Positions 25,795 to 39,425 of a stretch of DNA of 64,000 nt are shown piece by piece; the first letter of the stretch is position 1; each line of letters begins with the position of its first letter. Made by a program: the position numbers and the translations under genes. The stretch covers positions 152,396,001-152,460,000 of the forward strand of contig NC_042999.1 in assembly GCF_006345805.1 (NCBI RefSeq). The letters run 5' to 3'. The notes under the pieces are model-generated. The model was given only the letters and a program-made list of their open reading frames with translations, did no database searches and was not told where the DNA came from. The DNA comes from Octopus sinensis. Taxonomy: Eukaryota.

Positions 25795-26305
25795 TATTGT
25801 CACTAAATGTAACTAGGGAGTTAAAAAACACCTACATTGCTAGAAATAACAGCTAAAATGCTCTAATGCTACAGTTAACGCACATGGATGAAAATATTAA
25901 CAGGAACCATAATTGTCTGAAAAATAGCGACCGAGAATTCTTAAGACTGACGTGTCAGTTTCGGCAATTTCCGTTGCCATCATCAGTTAAGCCAACTCGG
26001 TATTCGGCCATTTCCGGACCTGTTTCTCTGTTGCAACCTGCTGTTTATATTAATTTTGTGTATACACATTAACGAATCGCTAAATCATCCATTAATTTGG
26101 ATGACGAAAACATATATGCTAACAGAGAAACAGGTCCGGAAGTGGCCGAACACAGAGCTGGGTTAACTGATGATGGCAACGGATATTGCCGAAAGTGACG
26201 CATCAGTCTTAAGAATTCTCGGTCAGTATTTTTCGGACAACTATGGTCCCCGTTAGTGCATATGTTTTCATTCATGTGCGTTTGGTGAAACATTGCAACC
26301 TGCTG
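25795..26305. mobile_element. Two opposed copies of repeat family Z forming a ~160-bp-arm inverted repeat
   Basis: 25878-26033 is the reverse complement of 26117-26281; both are homologous to 40081-40410. Confidence 0.8.
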
Positions 26306-26352
26306 CTTACCTTAATTCTATACATACATATAGTTGACACTACATATATATA

Positions 26353-26656
26353 TGGAGGCGCAATGGCCCAGTGGTTAAGGCAGCGGACTCGCGATTCTAG
26401 GATCGTGGTTTCGATTCCCAGACCGGATCTTGTGAATGTATTATTGAGCAAAAACACCTAAAGCTCCACGAGACTCCGGCAGGGGTGGTGGTGATCCCTG
26501 CTGTACTCTTTCGCCACAAATTTCTCTCACTCTTTCTTCTGTAGGCCTGCTCGCTTAGCCAGCGGCGTGGTGTTATTTGAAGGATAAAACAATACGAAGC
26601 GCATTGTGACCAGCGATGTGTAGCAACATCTGATAACCTGGTCGGTCACGGTGATA
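26353..26656 (+). mobile_element. SINE S2 head with alternative 3' tail
   Basis: ggaggcgcaatggcccagtggttaaggcagcggactcg head identical in type to 38857; the tail diverges after tctttcttctg. Confidence 0.8.
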
Positions 26657-27975
26657 TATATGTGTGTATGAGTGTGTGTGTGTGTGTGTATTGAAATAAA
26701 ATGGTTCTAAATTTGTTTAAACATAAATACGAATGTAGTATGCATAGACAGTTAGAAATTGATGCCCGAATATAAACTGATGCTGCACATATAAAAACAA
26801 AATTGAGAAATGATGCGGGGCGAAACTGCTGAGACGAAATCATAGCTTTTTTATTTTAGCATTCAAATTTGTTCACAATACTGCTTATCAGAACTAAACA
26901 TCATTTAGGTTCAAATACAGATCATTGATTATTCTTTCATAAATTAAATATTTAATGATTTATTCAATAAAATTTTCAGAAAATCATTAACGGACACATA
27001 TTTTATATAATACAGTTTTGGTATCTATACCGTAATTAAAATGTAGATTACTAGTATTGATGGCCAAAGAAGTGACGATTTATCTCGTTAACATATATCC
27101 TTTTAATCGTCAGCATAGAATGCATTTTTATTCTGCTTTCGCTTTTCAAGAGTGTTTAAGACGAGAGGTTACAAGTTTGGTAATTTGGTAGGTTTCATAA
27201 ATATTTTTGCAATTTTGCCGTCTCTAACATGTTTGTTGCCTGTTTCGTGTGAGTGTATGTATGTATGTATGTATGTATGTATGCATGTATGTATGTATGT
27301 ATGTATGTATGTATGCATGTATGTATGTATGTATGTATGTATGTATGTATGTATGTATGTATGTATGTATGCTTTAAGTTTTATTCAAGCTCTGAAGAGA
27401 GTGCAAGCCGGTCGCTAACAAAGCGACAAGACTTTTTGAGTGGATAGGTCAGGTCCCAGTGTTTGTAAATATGTGATTCACTTGGTATGCTGGTTGAGCT
27501 GTCGATGCACACACCAAAGTGTGTGCATCAATTTCCATAAGAATCTCACATGGAGAAACCTTTTTAATGTATCCATGTGTATATATGCATGTATGTATGT
27601 ATGTATGTATGTATGTATGTATGTATGTATGTATGTATGTATGTATGTATGTATGTATGTATGTATGTACTAGGTAGGTAGGTAGGTAGGTAGGTATTCG
27701 AAGTAACGATAAACCTCTTCGTTGCATAAATAAGATGATATTGCACTCCGTCGGTTACGACAACGAGCGTTCCAGCATGGCCGCAGTCAAAATGACTGAA
27801 ACAAGTAAAAGAATAGAAGATTAAAAGAAAAACACAAATGCGCGCGAAATTATCTGTCATCTTCATGAGATAAAGTGATGTGAAACTTCACGCATAAACA
27901 TGCATATATATACATATATACATACACATATGCATGCATACATACATAGAGTACACATATTCTATATATAAAGCG

Positions 27976-28335
27976 TGGCACTCCGACAACGGTTCCAGTT
28001 AATCCGATCAACAGAACAGCCAGCTCGTGAAATTAACGTGCAAGTGGCTGAGCACTCCTCAGACATGTGTACCCTCAACGTAGTTCTCGGGAAGATTCAG
28101 CGTGATACAGTGTGTGACAGTTTGAAATACAGGTACAACGAAAACAGAAAGAAAGAGTGAGAGAAAGTTGTGATGAAAGAGTACAGCAGGGTTCACCACG
28201 ATCCCCTGCTGGAGACTCGGGGAGCTTCGGAGGTTTTCGCTCAATAAACACTCACAATGCTCGGTCTGGGAATCGAAACCGCGATACTACGACCGCGAGT
28301 CCGCTGCTATTAAAACTGGGCCGTTGCGCCTCCAC
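27976..28335 (-). mobile_element. SINE S2 with tail T1
   Basis: Homologous to 38488-38857. Confidence 0.85.
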
Positions 28336-28559
28336 ATATAAGATGTAACTGTTACTCAACTGGAAAGTATTGAGCGATCATCCATTTTGAATATATATAA
28401 AATGATAGCAAACATATTTGTATGTATTTATGCCTGGGTATATCTATGTATATGTAATTATCAGTGTATTTATGTACACAGGTCTGTGTGTGTGTGTGCG
28501 AGTGTGTGCACGGGCGTGTGTGTGTGTCTGCGTGTGTGTTTAGATGCGTATATCTACGC

Positions 28560-28775
28560 ATTCTTTTATTCTTTCACTTGTTTCAGTCATTTGACTGCGG
28601 CCATGCTGGAACACCGCCTTTAGTCGAACAAATCGACCACAGGACTTATTCTTTGTAAGCCTAGTACTTATTCTATCGGTCTCTTTTACCGAACCGCTAG
28701 TTACGGGGGTGTAAACACACCAACATCAGTTGTCACGCGATGGTGGACAACAAACAGATACAATAATACATACAT

Positions 28776-28839
<64 letters not shown>

Positions 28840-28997
28840 GACGGGTTTCTTTCAATTTCCGATCTACCAGATCTATTCACACGGTTTTGGTCGCCCCAGG
28901 CTATAATAGAAGATACTTGCCCAAGGTGCCATTCAGTGGGACTGAACCCATAACCATGTGGTTGAAAGCTTCTTACCACACAACCACTCTTGCGCCT
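28560..28997 (-). mobile_element. SINE S3 bipartite copy with internal (TA)n
   Basis: Tail 28560-28770, microsatellite, head 28836-28997. Confidence 0.88.
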
Positions 28998-30959
28998 ATG
29001 TATGTATATATATATATATATAAATATATATAAATATATGTATTTATATATACAGCTATATATGTATATACATGTATGTGTGTGTGTTCGTGCGTGACTG
29101 CGTGCGTGCACGCCCGTCTGTGTGTGTGTGTGTGTTGGAGACAGTTCTTAATTTCCTTGTAAACACGACTACGCTTCAACTTTAACATTTGTTTTTTGTT
29201 TTGTTTTGTTTTTCTATTTAAGAATTCTTACATTGACTTATTCGTTCACTAAACTCTGTTGTTTGGAATAAAACATTCCTTAGCTCTGTAAAAGTTTCGA
29301 GACTTTCTGGATATCTTCCGGTGTAAGAACTCTAATAGAGATTGTTATTGGTGTTTTCTATTATAGTCACGAAGTATACAAACACTATTTTCTCCGCTTA
29401 TTCTTTGCTATCACTGAATTTTAAATTTTCTGTCCATTAGCGTCAGTGGATTTTTTTTTATCTTTATTTTTCAGCAACATGGTTTTAAGGTAATGACTGA
29501 CAATAATTTGGAAGTAAAATAAGCTATATGTGTGTGCTTTGTGTTATATTTTGTAGTCGTTTAGCTTCAATGATATTCTGTATCAGATATTTGTATTATC
29601 TCATTTGTATTGTTCCATCTGCTTTTATTATGCGTAGTCAAACGCTGAGAAAATGTGGTAGATGTCTGCCCAGTGTGGCAGTCAAAGTCTCGAAGTTTAT
29701 AACTATTAAATTAACATCTAAAATAACGGATGCAGCTTGGCTGTTTGCTTTTGAAGTTGGCTGTTTGCTTCACAACCACGTTAGTACGAGTTCTAACCAT
29801 GATAAAAAAAATACTTGTGCATGATATCACTATCTTGGGCAAGTATTTCAACTATTGTAGAAATATTTTGACTTGAACTTTATTAGTGAAATATGGCGCA
29901 AACTTTACAGAAACTGTTGCATATTTTTGTGTGTGTGTGTGTGCGTGTGTACTTGTATGTGCGTGTGTACTTGTGTGTGTATGTGTGTGTGCGTGTGCGT
30001 GTGTACTTGTGTGTGTATGTGTGTGTGCGTGTTTCTATGTATTTATATATGTGTGTACGTGTCCGGAAAACAGCATCGTTTCGTTCGTCTTTACCTTCTA
30101 AGACGACGACCTTCTAAGTTCAAATTCCGCTAAGGTCAACAATGCTTCTCATCCTCTTGGGATTGATAAAATTAATACCAGTCAAGCACGGTGGTTGACG
30201 ATGCCGACTAAACTCCTCTCTTCGAAATTATTGTCCTTTACCAAAACATGAAGCATCATTATTATAATGGCGGTCGATTTACAGTATCTTTATAGTAACA
30301 GGAAAACTATTTTGCAGTGTTTCTACCAAACTTTCACGTTCCGTGTTCAAATCCCGCTATGGTCAACATTACTTTCCCCCCACTCAGGGGTTGATAAAAC
30401 AAAATACCGGTATAGTACTGGGTCGATGTCATAGACTAACCTCGCCTCTAAAAATTGCCGGCCTTGTGCCTAAATACCAGACATCTATTATTATTATTGT
30501 TGCTGCTGCTGTTGTTGTTGTTACGGTGATGTTGTTGCTGTTTGTTGTTGTTGCTGTTGCTGCTGTTGTTGTTGTTGTTGCTGCTGTTGTTGCCTTCTTT
30601 TCAATGCTAGCAGGTGGTGGGTATTTCCAGTGAAAGGTGAGAAAATTTGATCGCATACCCCGATAAATCACATCCACTCAACTGCATTCACTCTCGAAAT
30701 CTCTTGAAACTGTAATGGCGTCTGATGTAATTAAGACACGAAATTATCCACTCTGCTGTATATTTTATGCTGCTCTCTGCTATTCTGAATTCTCTGATAA
30801 CTAGTTGTTCTGTATATAGAGTACTGATTTACATATTTTATGGTGCTGCGACGAATCACAATTGCTGGGTTTTAAGTTCTTTTAAGCTTATTTCGAGTCT
30901 CAGATGTATGTTAAGTTTTACGTAAAAGTACTTCTATTCTATACATCATAAATATGAAA

Positions 30960-31506
30960 TAACAGAGAACGGGAAGGGGAGAGTGGAGGAAGTGAGTAGA
31001 GAGATAAAGGGGGGAAAGAAAGGGTGTAAGAATGAGAGAGTGTGGAGTAGGGGATAGGGATGAGGAGAGAGAAGGAGTGTTGGTGGGGAAGGGTAAAGAA
31101 AAAGAGGAAGAAAGGCAGAAGAGGAGGATTAGGAATAAGACGAGATGGAAAAACGGAATAGGTTTAAGAAAGAAGAAAGACGAGGATAAAATTAGGGAGA
31201 ACAGTAAAGCATTGGTAGGGAGGGGAGGAAAAAGAAAGAAAGAAAGAAAGAAAAGAAGAAAAAAAGAAAGAAAGACGGGAAGGAAGGAAGGAAGGAAGGA
31301 AGGAAGGAAGGAAAGAAGCAGGAAAGAAGGGAGTGAAATAAAAGAAAGAAATGAAACGTAAACAGAAAAGAAAGAAAGAACAAGAAGAAAGATGGAAGGA
31401 AAGAAAGAAAAAAGAAATATAACGCAATAAAGAAAAACAGTGGAAAGAAAAAAAACAACAAAAGAATACAAAGAAAAGGGTCAATCGAAAAGAAATAATA
31501 ATAAAA

Positions 31507-31545
<39 letters not shown>

Positions 31546-32070
31546 TAAAAAGAAACAAACAAAAAGAAAGAAAAAAGAAAAGAAAAGAAAGAAAGAAAGA
31601 AAGAAAGATAGAAAGAAAGAAAGAAAACAAAAGAAAGGAAGAAAAAAAAGAAAGAAAACAAAAGAAACAAACAAAAAGAAAGGAAGAAAGAAAGAAAGAA
31701 AGAAAGAAGGAATGAAAGAATAAAAAAGAAAGAACGAAGGAAAGGAAGAGAAAGTGAAGGAAGAGAGAAAGGAAAGATAGAATGAAGAAAAGAGTAAGAA
31801 AAATACAAGAAGGGCGGAAGGAAATGTAGAGAAAATTGAAAAAGGAATGAAAAGCTGAGTTTGTGTAATAAACACAAAAAAAGAATAATCGAAGGAAAGT
31901 GAAGGAGCGTATGTAAAAAAAATGATGAAAAGTTTCTAGAAAGACGAAGGGAATGTAAGGTAAATATAACAAACAAAGATAAAAAAAAACAAGAAAGTAA
32001 AACATAGATATATGTAAATAAAAATGGAAGTTTCAAAAAATTTGAAGAAATAAGACAAAAGCTAAAACAA
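30960..32070. repeat. ~1.1-kb purine-rich tract with (GAAA)n and (GGAA)n runs
   Basis: Plus strand is overwhelmingly A/G. Confidence 0.9.
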
Positions 32071-32255
32071 GAAACCTTGCTGACATAGTTTGATATCGAA
32101 CCTGTGTGCAATGGATAAATGAATGATTCATTAGCTTAAAGTGGAATTAACTATCAAGTTACCTTGCTGTGTGGTCTCTTCCTCACTTTGTGTAGGTGGC
32201 AGCAGATTCACTTTATAAGACCGCCATTTTACAGGCCCATTAAGACGTCATATGT

Positions 32256-32291
<36 letters not shown>

Positions 32292-33168
32292 CTGTGTGTG
32301 TGTGTGTTTATGTGTATATATGTATGTATGTGTGTACATATATATATATATATGTATGTATGTGTGTATATATACATACGCATATATATATGACGTCCTC
32401 ATATATATGTATATATATATGTATATATATGTATACATATATATATTACTTACATATATGTATGTATATACATATATAAATACATATACATATATATTAT
32501 ATATATATATATACAACACAACACATCATATATATATATATATATATCTATATATATATATATATACACATATACATATATATCTTTGAATGCCCGCGTA
32601 GTATATACATATATGTACGTGTATCATATGGTGGCGTGGGTGAATGTGTGTGCAAATGTACGACTGCATATATATATATATGCCTACACGTATATAGGCG
32701 CAATCATGATTGCGTGGTCAAAAAGTTTGCTTCACGATCAAGGAGCTTCAGTTTCAATCACACTGCCTAACACTATGGACAAATGTCTTCCATAATAGCC
32801 CAAATCTGAAGTATGCCGTGCGCGAATTTTGCAAACGATAACTGTGTGGAAAAGCGCCGTACACACGCATACACCCAGAACGATATACATGTGTACATGG
32901 TGTCTCCGTGTGCGTGTGTGTGTGTGTGTGTGTGTTTGTGTCCATATATATTTATGTATATATGTTCATATATATGCAAGTGATGGGCCCTTGATGAAAT
33001 TGCAGCAGCTAGGATGCATAATTGCATAGGGAGCAACGTGTAGCTGCCGCAATTGAAACATTGTCGGTCATTATTATATATGTCGTAGAAAACATCTTAA
33101 TAAAATGTTTTGGATGTGAATAAATCTCCACTCCTCTCTTCGTTTTCAATTCTATGTATATATATATA

Positions 33169-33465
33169 TCTTTATATATAAAAGAGAAGTTGTGTGTCTG
33201 TCTCCTACGATTTAGATTCCTAACTACTGCCACATTTTGCGGTGCAGTTTAACCAAAACCGGGTATCTTATAGTCGTGATTCATACGACGAGCCATTCTG
33301 GATATTAGCGCGCGTCTACGAGAGTCAACGATTTAAAAAAAAATTTACCATCATTTTTTTTCCATTTTTAATGTATTTTTTGCTATTGTTTTTGGCTATA
33401 ACTCTCTAAAAGCTTATATAGTTATTTCTCTTACAAACCCGAGCAACGCCGGGCGATACTGCTAG
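33169..33465 (+). mobile_element. Non-autonomous Helitron, apparently complete (~297 bp)
   Basis: 5' A|TC tttatatataaaagag; 3' hairpin cccg(a)gc-aac-gccggg (33438-33453) then CTAG|T at 33462-33466; inserted between A and T. Confidence 0.8.
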
Positions 33466-33503
33466 TATGTATATATATATATATATATATAATATATATT
33501 AAT

Positions 33504-33536
<33 letters not shown>

Positions 33537-33542
33537 GTTTAC

Positions 33543-33925
33543 AAGGCCCGTTTATGGATTACATTCGGTTTCCGTCAATGAATGGTTTAGCTTTGTGACG
33601 TATCGTCAGATCCCAAAAATCCTTTGGCCCAAATCCTCTTAAAAATATGGAGGAGGAACTACCTTACAACTCAAAGGTGACAGTTGGGGATTATTTCCCT
33701 TTGTTATTGGCTATCGACTTCCGGCTGTTCCTCCATTTTGTGGGCTGCCAAGAGCTAGCAAGAACCTCCTGAAATGTTAGCCTGGCCCGAAAATCTCTGT
33801 TCTGGAGTTAACGATGTTCCCTGGTTCGAGGTCTTGAGCCAACAGGTTTTTGAGGTCTGAAGATACGCCATAAAGCTAAACACTTTAGGGACGGAAAACC
33901 GAAAGTAATCCCATAGACCAGCCTT
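33543..33925. mobile_element. MITE-like element with ~95-bp imperfect terminal inverted repeats
   Basis: aaggcccgtttatggattacattcggtttccgtc... pairs with ...gacggaaaaccgaaagtaatcccatagaccagcctt. Confidence 0.8.
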
Positions 33926-33991
33926 CCTTATTCTTAATATATGCTACTCTACATCTTTGACACTACTCCTCTTGTATGTTTTTTACAAACG

Positions 33992-34069
<78 letters not shown>

Positions 34070-34628
34070 TGTGTGTGTGTATGTAGTATGTATGTATGTA
34101 TGTTAACGACAGCAGCAGTGTTATTTTAGAATAGCATTCTGTATATCTTGTTCAACGTGGATATACTGTAGAAAACCATAAACCTGCGGTATTTGACTTG
34201 AGGAAGATCCCGTGTGGGCATATAGTATTAAAAAGTACAAATGTATATCAGTAGCAGACACAGAAATCTACATTTAGCAATTCCCCCGTTGCTGCTGGAT
34301 GCTTTTGAGGGGAGAGGTAGTGAGTGAATAATGACAAGTGAAATTTGTTTAATTGAACTATATCACTTTATATATCACCTATCACTTTACGCATGCGCGA
34401 AAGTGCATTTCCTTGAAATATTCACGCTTATTATTTACTTGGCAGATAAGTGCAATTTAACTAAAGGTTATATCATATGTACGACGATATTTTTATGGGA
34501 AAAATGGAAAAATAAGATTGAATATTTATTTTATCAGTGGTGTGTATTAAGTCTATAAAATCGTGCATAAATTATATAGTGTATATATAAAGTGCATTAA
34601 ATAACCATCATATTCCAGTTTCTTTCAG

Positions 34629-34693
34629 TTATCAATGAACAACAAATGAGCGACTATATTTCCATATATACACAGCACAGACTACGCTTTCAG
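34629..34693 (+). CDS. Candidate exon (65 nt), product unknown
   Basis: Acceptor cagtttctttcag; open frame xINEQQMSDYISIYTQHRLRFQ; weak donor CAG|GTTTTT; phase-compatible with 36085. Confidence 0.15.
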
Positions 34694-36084
34694 GTTTTTT
34701 TGGATAAAGCTTTGAGACATAACTCAATAGTTTTACCATTAATTCCGTGAAATATTAACGGGTCCCGCTAGTATTCAATAGTGTTGAATGCATCATCACT
34801 TGTATAACAACTTACATAATACCACATGGAAACGTTGTTTTGATAATCGGAAACATGAAATTTTAAGTTAATGTATTTCCAAATTTCACCTTCAAATTAT
34901 ATATAACACATCTTTACTTTTCATCTTTTATCGTTTATTTGTTTCAGTCATTAGACTACAGCCATGCAGGGACACCGTCTTGAAGTTTTTGCGACCAGTT
35001 CTGTCGCTGCTGCCTTATATTACTGGTCCTTCAGGGGATTCTGTCTTATAAATTGACACCGTCAGATGAGAGATACAGTTCTCGAAACAGAATGTTTAGC
35101 AGCGGTAGTTTTGCTACGTGTTAAAATTTTTGGATATCCCCTGTACATCGTGTATCACATGTTGACTCATCTATTTATCTTTTCACTTTATACAGTTCAT
35201 GTCTAAGCCGCAAATAATTTATAATTCATATGAATATATCTTGAGGACTTTAATGACAAAAACCTCGTTATGACAAATTATGACGTTCCCTGTTGAGTAC
35301 TGTATGTCGTGTTAACGAGCATATAACACACAGATAGGTGGAAAAGAGATAAGCAGACATATAGAGCTACACATAGATAACTATATATCTATGTCTGCGT
35401 ATATATGACTATATCTATTTAGCTACACGCACACACACCCACACATTTTACACATACTTATACATACATATATATATATATATAATAATATATATATATA
35501 TATATATATACACTTATACATACTTATACGAATATATATACATGCCTATCTATCTATAATTATGCATATGTATGTACATATATACTTATACGTTATATGT
35601 ATGCATATATACATGTACATATATATACATGTATATTTATACAAATATTTATATATATATATATATATATATATGCTTATACATATAAATACATAAACAC
35701 ATATACGTATATATACGTACATATATATACATATGTGTGTATGTGTATATATATATATATATATGGATAGATAGATATACATACATACGCGTGTGTGTGC
35801 GCGCGCGTGCGTGTGTGTATGTGTGTGTGTGTGCATGTATGAGTGTAGGTATAATCACTGCCATTACTATTAACATTGTTATCATTAAGATAATCACCAT
35901 CGCCATCCCCGCTGTTGTAATTGTTGCTTATCTATTTTCCCAGAGATATTAAAATACTCCGTCTTGAAATAAATACAGTTTTATTACGACAATTGTCATT
36001 CTTGTTTAATATTTAATGATGCCGGATGAGAGTTTCGATAAGTTCGGTTTATAGATTAGCAATTAACTAGTTTACTCTTCTCAG

Positions 36085-36229
36085 ATTAAGACAACAGAAG
36101 GACATTTACACCGTTATTCTTCGATACACCGAATTGATCAATATGAAGGCAGCAGTAACAACAGACTAATTCATGGCGAGCTTATTGGTTTGGGGAGCAG
36201 AGCCGAGTTAAGTGGGTTCATACGAGCAG
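36085..36229 (+). CDS. Candidate internal exon (145 nt), product unknown
   Basis: Branch-like ttaac, tract tttactcttctcag, donor CAG|GTAAAA; a single open frame IKTTEGHLHRYSSIHRIDQYEGSSNNRLIHGELIGLGSRAELSGFIRA. Confidence 0.3.
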
Positions 36230-36760
36230 GTAAAATGATATAAACGTTTGGGGATTGTCATAAAATCTTTACTCGGTCAGTAATTTCCTTCAGATTTCAA
36301 CTAAATGTCAGAACATGTTCACATCATTCGCTTAATTTTCCCAGAGCTGGCTTACTATAAAGAGAACAATTGTTTGTAGGTCATACCACATTCATCCACT
36401 AATCAATCACTCCAGTTCGTAAATCTTTCGAGAATGAATACGATATCTATTGTCCTTTACGTTATTTTTATTATTTTTTTCTTCTTTTTTTATATATCAA
36501 AATATGATAAAAAGCAGAAATTAACGATTGTCCATCATAAGACCCAGCAGGGACCCCCTCCTACATACATACATAAATACACTACCACATCCACCTGCGC
36601 ATACATATAATCATGTACTCATACGCTCATACGCTCATACACTCATAGTTATACAATAATCTTGTGTGTATATATATATATATTATATATAAACCCATTG
36701 TGTGTAATATATATATATATATATATATAACCATTCTACATATATATAACCTTGTATATA

Positions 36761-36791
<31 letters not shown>

Positions 36792-36796
36792 ACCCT

Positions 36797-36862
<66 letters not shown>

Positions 36863-37202
36863 TTCACACACAGATACTAAATATAAAGCACTCATATTGA
36901 CAGACATCAGACAGACAGATAGACAGACAGACAAATATATATAGAGAGAGAGATAGATAGAGAGAGAGAGAGAGAGATAGATAGAGAGACAGATAGATAC
37001 GTAGGTAGATAGAGGGAGAGATAGACTGATAAATACGCCATGTATATGTGTGTATGTTTGAGTGAGTGTGAGCGTGTGGGAGGTGTAAGCGTGTGTCTGC
37101 TTGTGCATGTGGGTGTGTGCGTAATTGTATACATATATATGCAGAGAGAAAGTGAGAGATCACATACACAGCAGTCATATGCATGTGCTCACACACCACA
37201 CA

Positions 37203-37256
<54 letters not shown>

Positions 37257-37615
37257 GCACACACATACACAATGGCCCACCACCATTATCAGAACCGTCA
37301 TCAGTGCCTTTACCATTATCGCATAAAACAGAAACCAATTCTCTCTTCCATTAGCGGAATGAAGGTTACGTTGTTTCACATTGCCTTAGCTGGCATCCCG
37401 TCATCGTCTTACCTCTAGCTTTTATTTCGTATTTAATCAGAATCATATCAACTCTCTATAATTCATGATTCCCAGCCTAGCTATTTCCATAGGTTTCATA
37501 GAAATTTTCCAAGTTTGAGAAAATACCCGAGTGTAATATAGGTTTCTACGTTTTATTTTCTCCTGAAATTTACAATGACAGCTTCTCTCTCTCTATAAAT
37601 ATATATATATATATA

Positions 37616-37669
<54 letters not shown>

Positions 37670-37872
37670 AAACACGCTCTCATTCTCTCTCCTTCTCATT
37701 CTCTCTCCATCTCTATCAATCTACTTATCTAGCTATCTGTTTCTATCACTACTTCTTTCTTTTTCTATATATATGTAATACATATACGCATATATGTATA
37801 TACGTGTATGTATATAGGTGTGTGTATGTATGTATTAAGTATGTGTGTGTATGTGTAGACAGACAGACAGAC

Positions 37873-37904
<32 letters not shown>

Positions 37905-37928
37905 GTGTGTGTGTATATACATATATAT

Positions 37929-38160
37929 ATTTCTTTACTGCCCACAAGGGGCTAAACATAGAGGGGACAAACAAGGACAGACAAACGGATTAAGTCGATT
38001 ACATCGACCCTAGTGCGAAACTGGTACTTTATTTATCGACCCCGAAAGGATGAAAGGCAAAGTCGACCTCGGCAGAACTTGAACTCAGAACGTAACGACT
38101 GACGAAATACCGCTAAGCACTTCGCCCGGCACGCTAACGCTTCTGCCAGCTCGCCGCCTT
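37929..38160 (-). mobile_element. SINE S4, well preserved
   Basis: Minus strand aaggcggcgagctggcagaagcgttagc...gttctgagttcaag...gtcgactttgcctttcatcctttcggggtcgataaa. Confidence 0.9.
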
Positions 38161-38487
38161 TATATATATAAATATATATAATATATATATATATATATAT
38201 ACATACCATATATATATATAAACACATACATATATATTTATGTATGTATGTATGTATGTATGTATGTATGTATACATGCATGTATGCATGCATGCATGAA
38301 TATAAATGTACATACGAGTCCTCTCATGTTGGCTCTTTCTCTCTTTCATTCCAGTCGATTTAACCTTCGTCTTTTATCGTGACTCTTTCATGATCTATAT
38401 CGTGCATAATTTGTCATTTGTCGTTGCTGAGAATCGAACCACACTATATAATACACTAAGGAATATATAATACACTATATCTTGGAA

Positions 38488-38857
38488 GCACTCCGTCGGT
38501 TCCGACGACGAGGCTGAATCAACGGAACAGCCTGCTCGTTAAATTAACGTGTAAGTGGCTGAGCACTCCACAGACACGTGTACCCTTAACGTAGTTCTCG
38601 GGGATATTCAGCGTGACACAGAGAGTGACAAGGCCGGCCCTTTGAAATACAGGTACAACAGAAACAGGAAGTAAGAGAGAGAGAGAGAGTTGTGATGAAA
38701 GAGTACAGCAGGGATCACCACCACACCCTGCTGGAGCCTCGTGGAGCTTTAGGTGTTTTTGCTCAATAAACACTCACAACGACCGGTCTGGGAATCGAAA
38801 CCGCGATCCTATGACCGCGAGTCCGCTGCCCTAACCACTGGGCCATTGCGCCTCCAC
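38488..38857 (-). mobile_element. SINE S2, full length with tail T1
   Basis: tRNA-like head plus T1 tail; flanked by the direct repeat taaggaatatataatacactatat. Confidence 0.9.
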
Positions 38858-38962
38858 TTAAGGAATATATAATACACTATATAATACACTAAGGAATAAC
38901 ACAATATTTAGTGTTTAGCTCATACGCTACTCTAGTGTATGACATAATTGTGTGTAAACCAC

Positions 38963-39130
38963 AGGTGCAGGAGTGGCTGTGTGGTAAGAAGCTTGCTTAC
39001 CAACCACATGGTTCCGGGTTCAGTCCCACTGCGTGGAACCTTGGGTAAGTGTCTTCTACTATAGCCTCGGGTTGACCAAAGCCTTGTGAGTGGATTTGGT
39101 AGACGGAAACTGAAAGAAGCCCGTCGTATG

Positions 39131-39185
<55 letters not shown>

Positions 39186-39425
39186 TTTTGTGTGTGTATG
39201 TGTATGTGTGTGTGTGTGCATATTTGTGTGTCTGTGTTTGTCCGCCACCCAACATCGCTTCACAACCGATGATGGTGTGTTCACGTCCCCGTAGCTTAGG
39301 GTTTCGGCAAAAGAGATCCATAGAATAAGTACTAGGCTTACACAGAATAAGTCCTGGGGTCGATTTTTTTTCAACTAAAGACGATGCTCCAGCATGGCCG
39401 CAGTCAAATGACTGAAACAAATAAC
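38963..39425 (+). mobile_element. SINE S3, full bipartite copy
   Basis: Head 38963-39127, (TA)/(TG)n, tail ~39225-39425. Confidence 0.9.

Noticed and set aside
31164-32111. Longest ORF in the track (315 aa, minus strand, F/L/S-rich)
   Set aside because: It is the reverse complement of the purine tract: low complexity, no domain.
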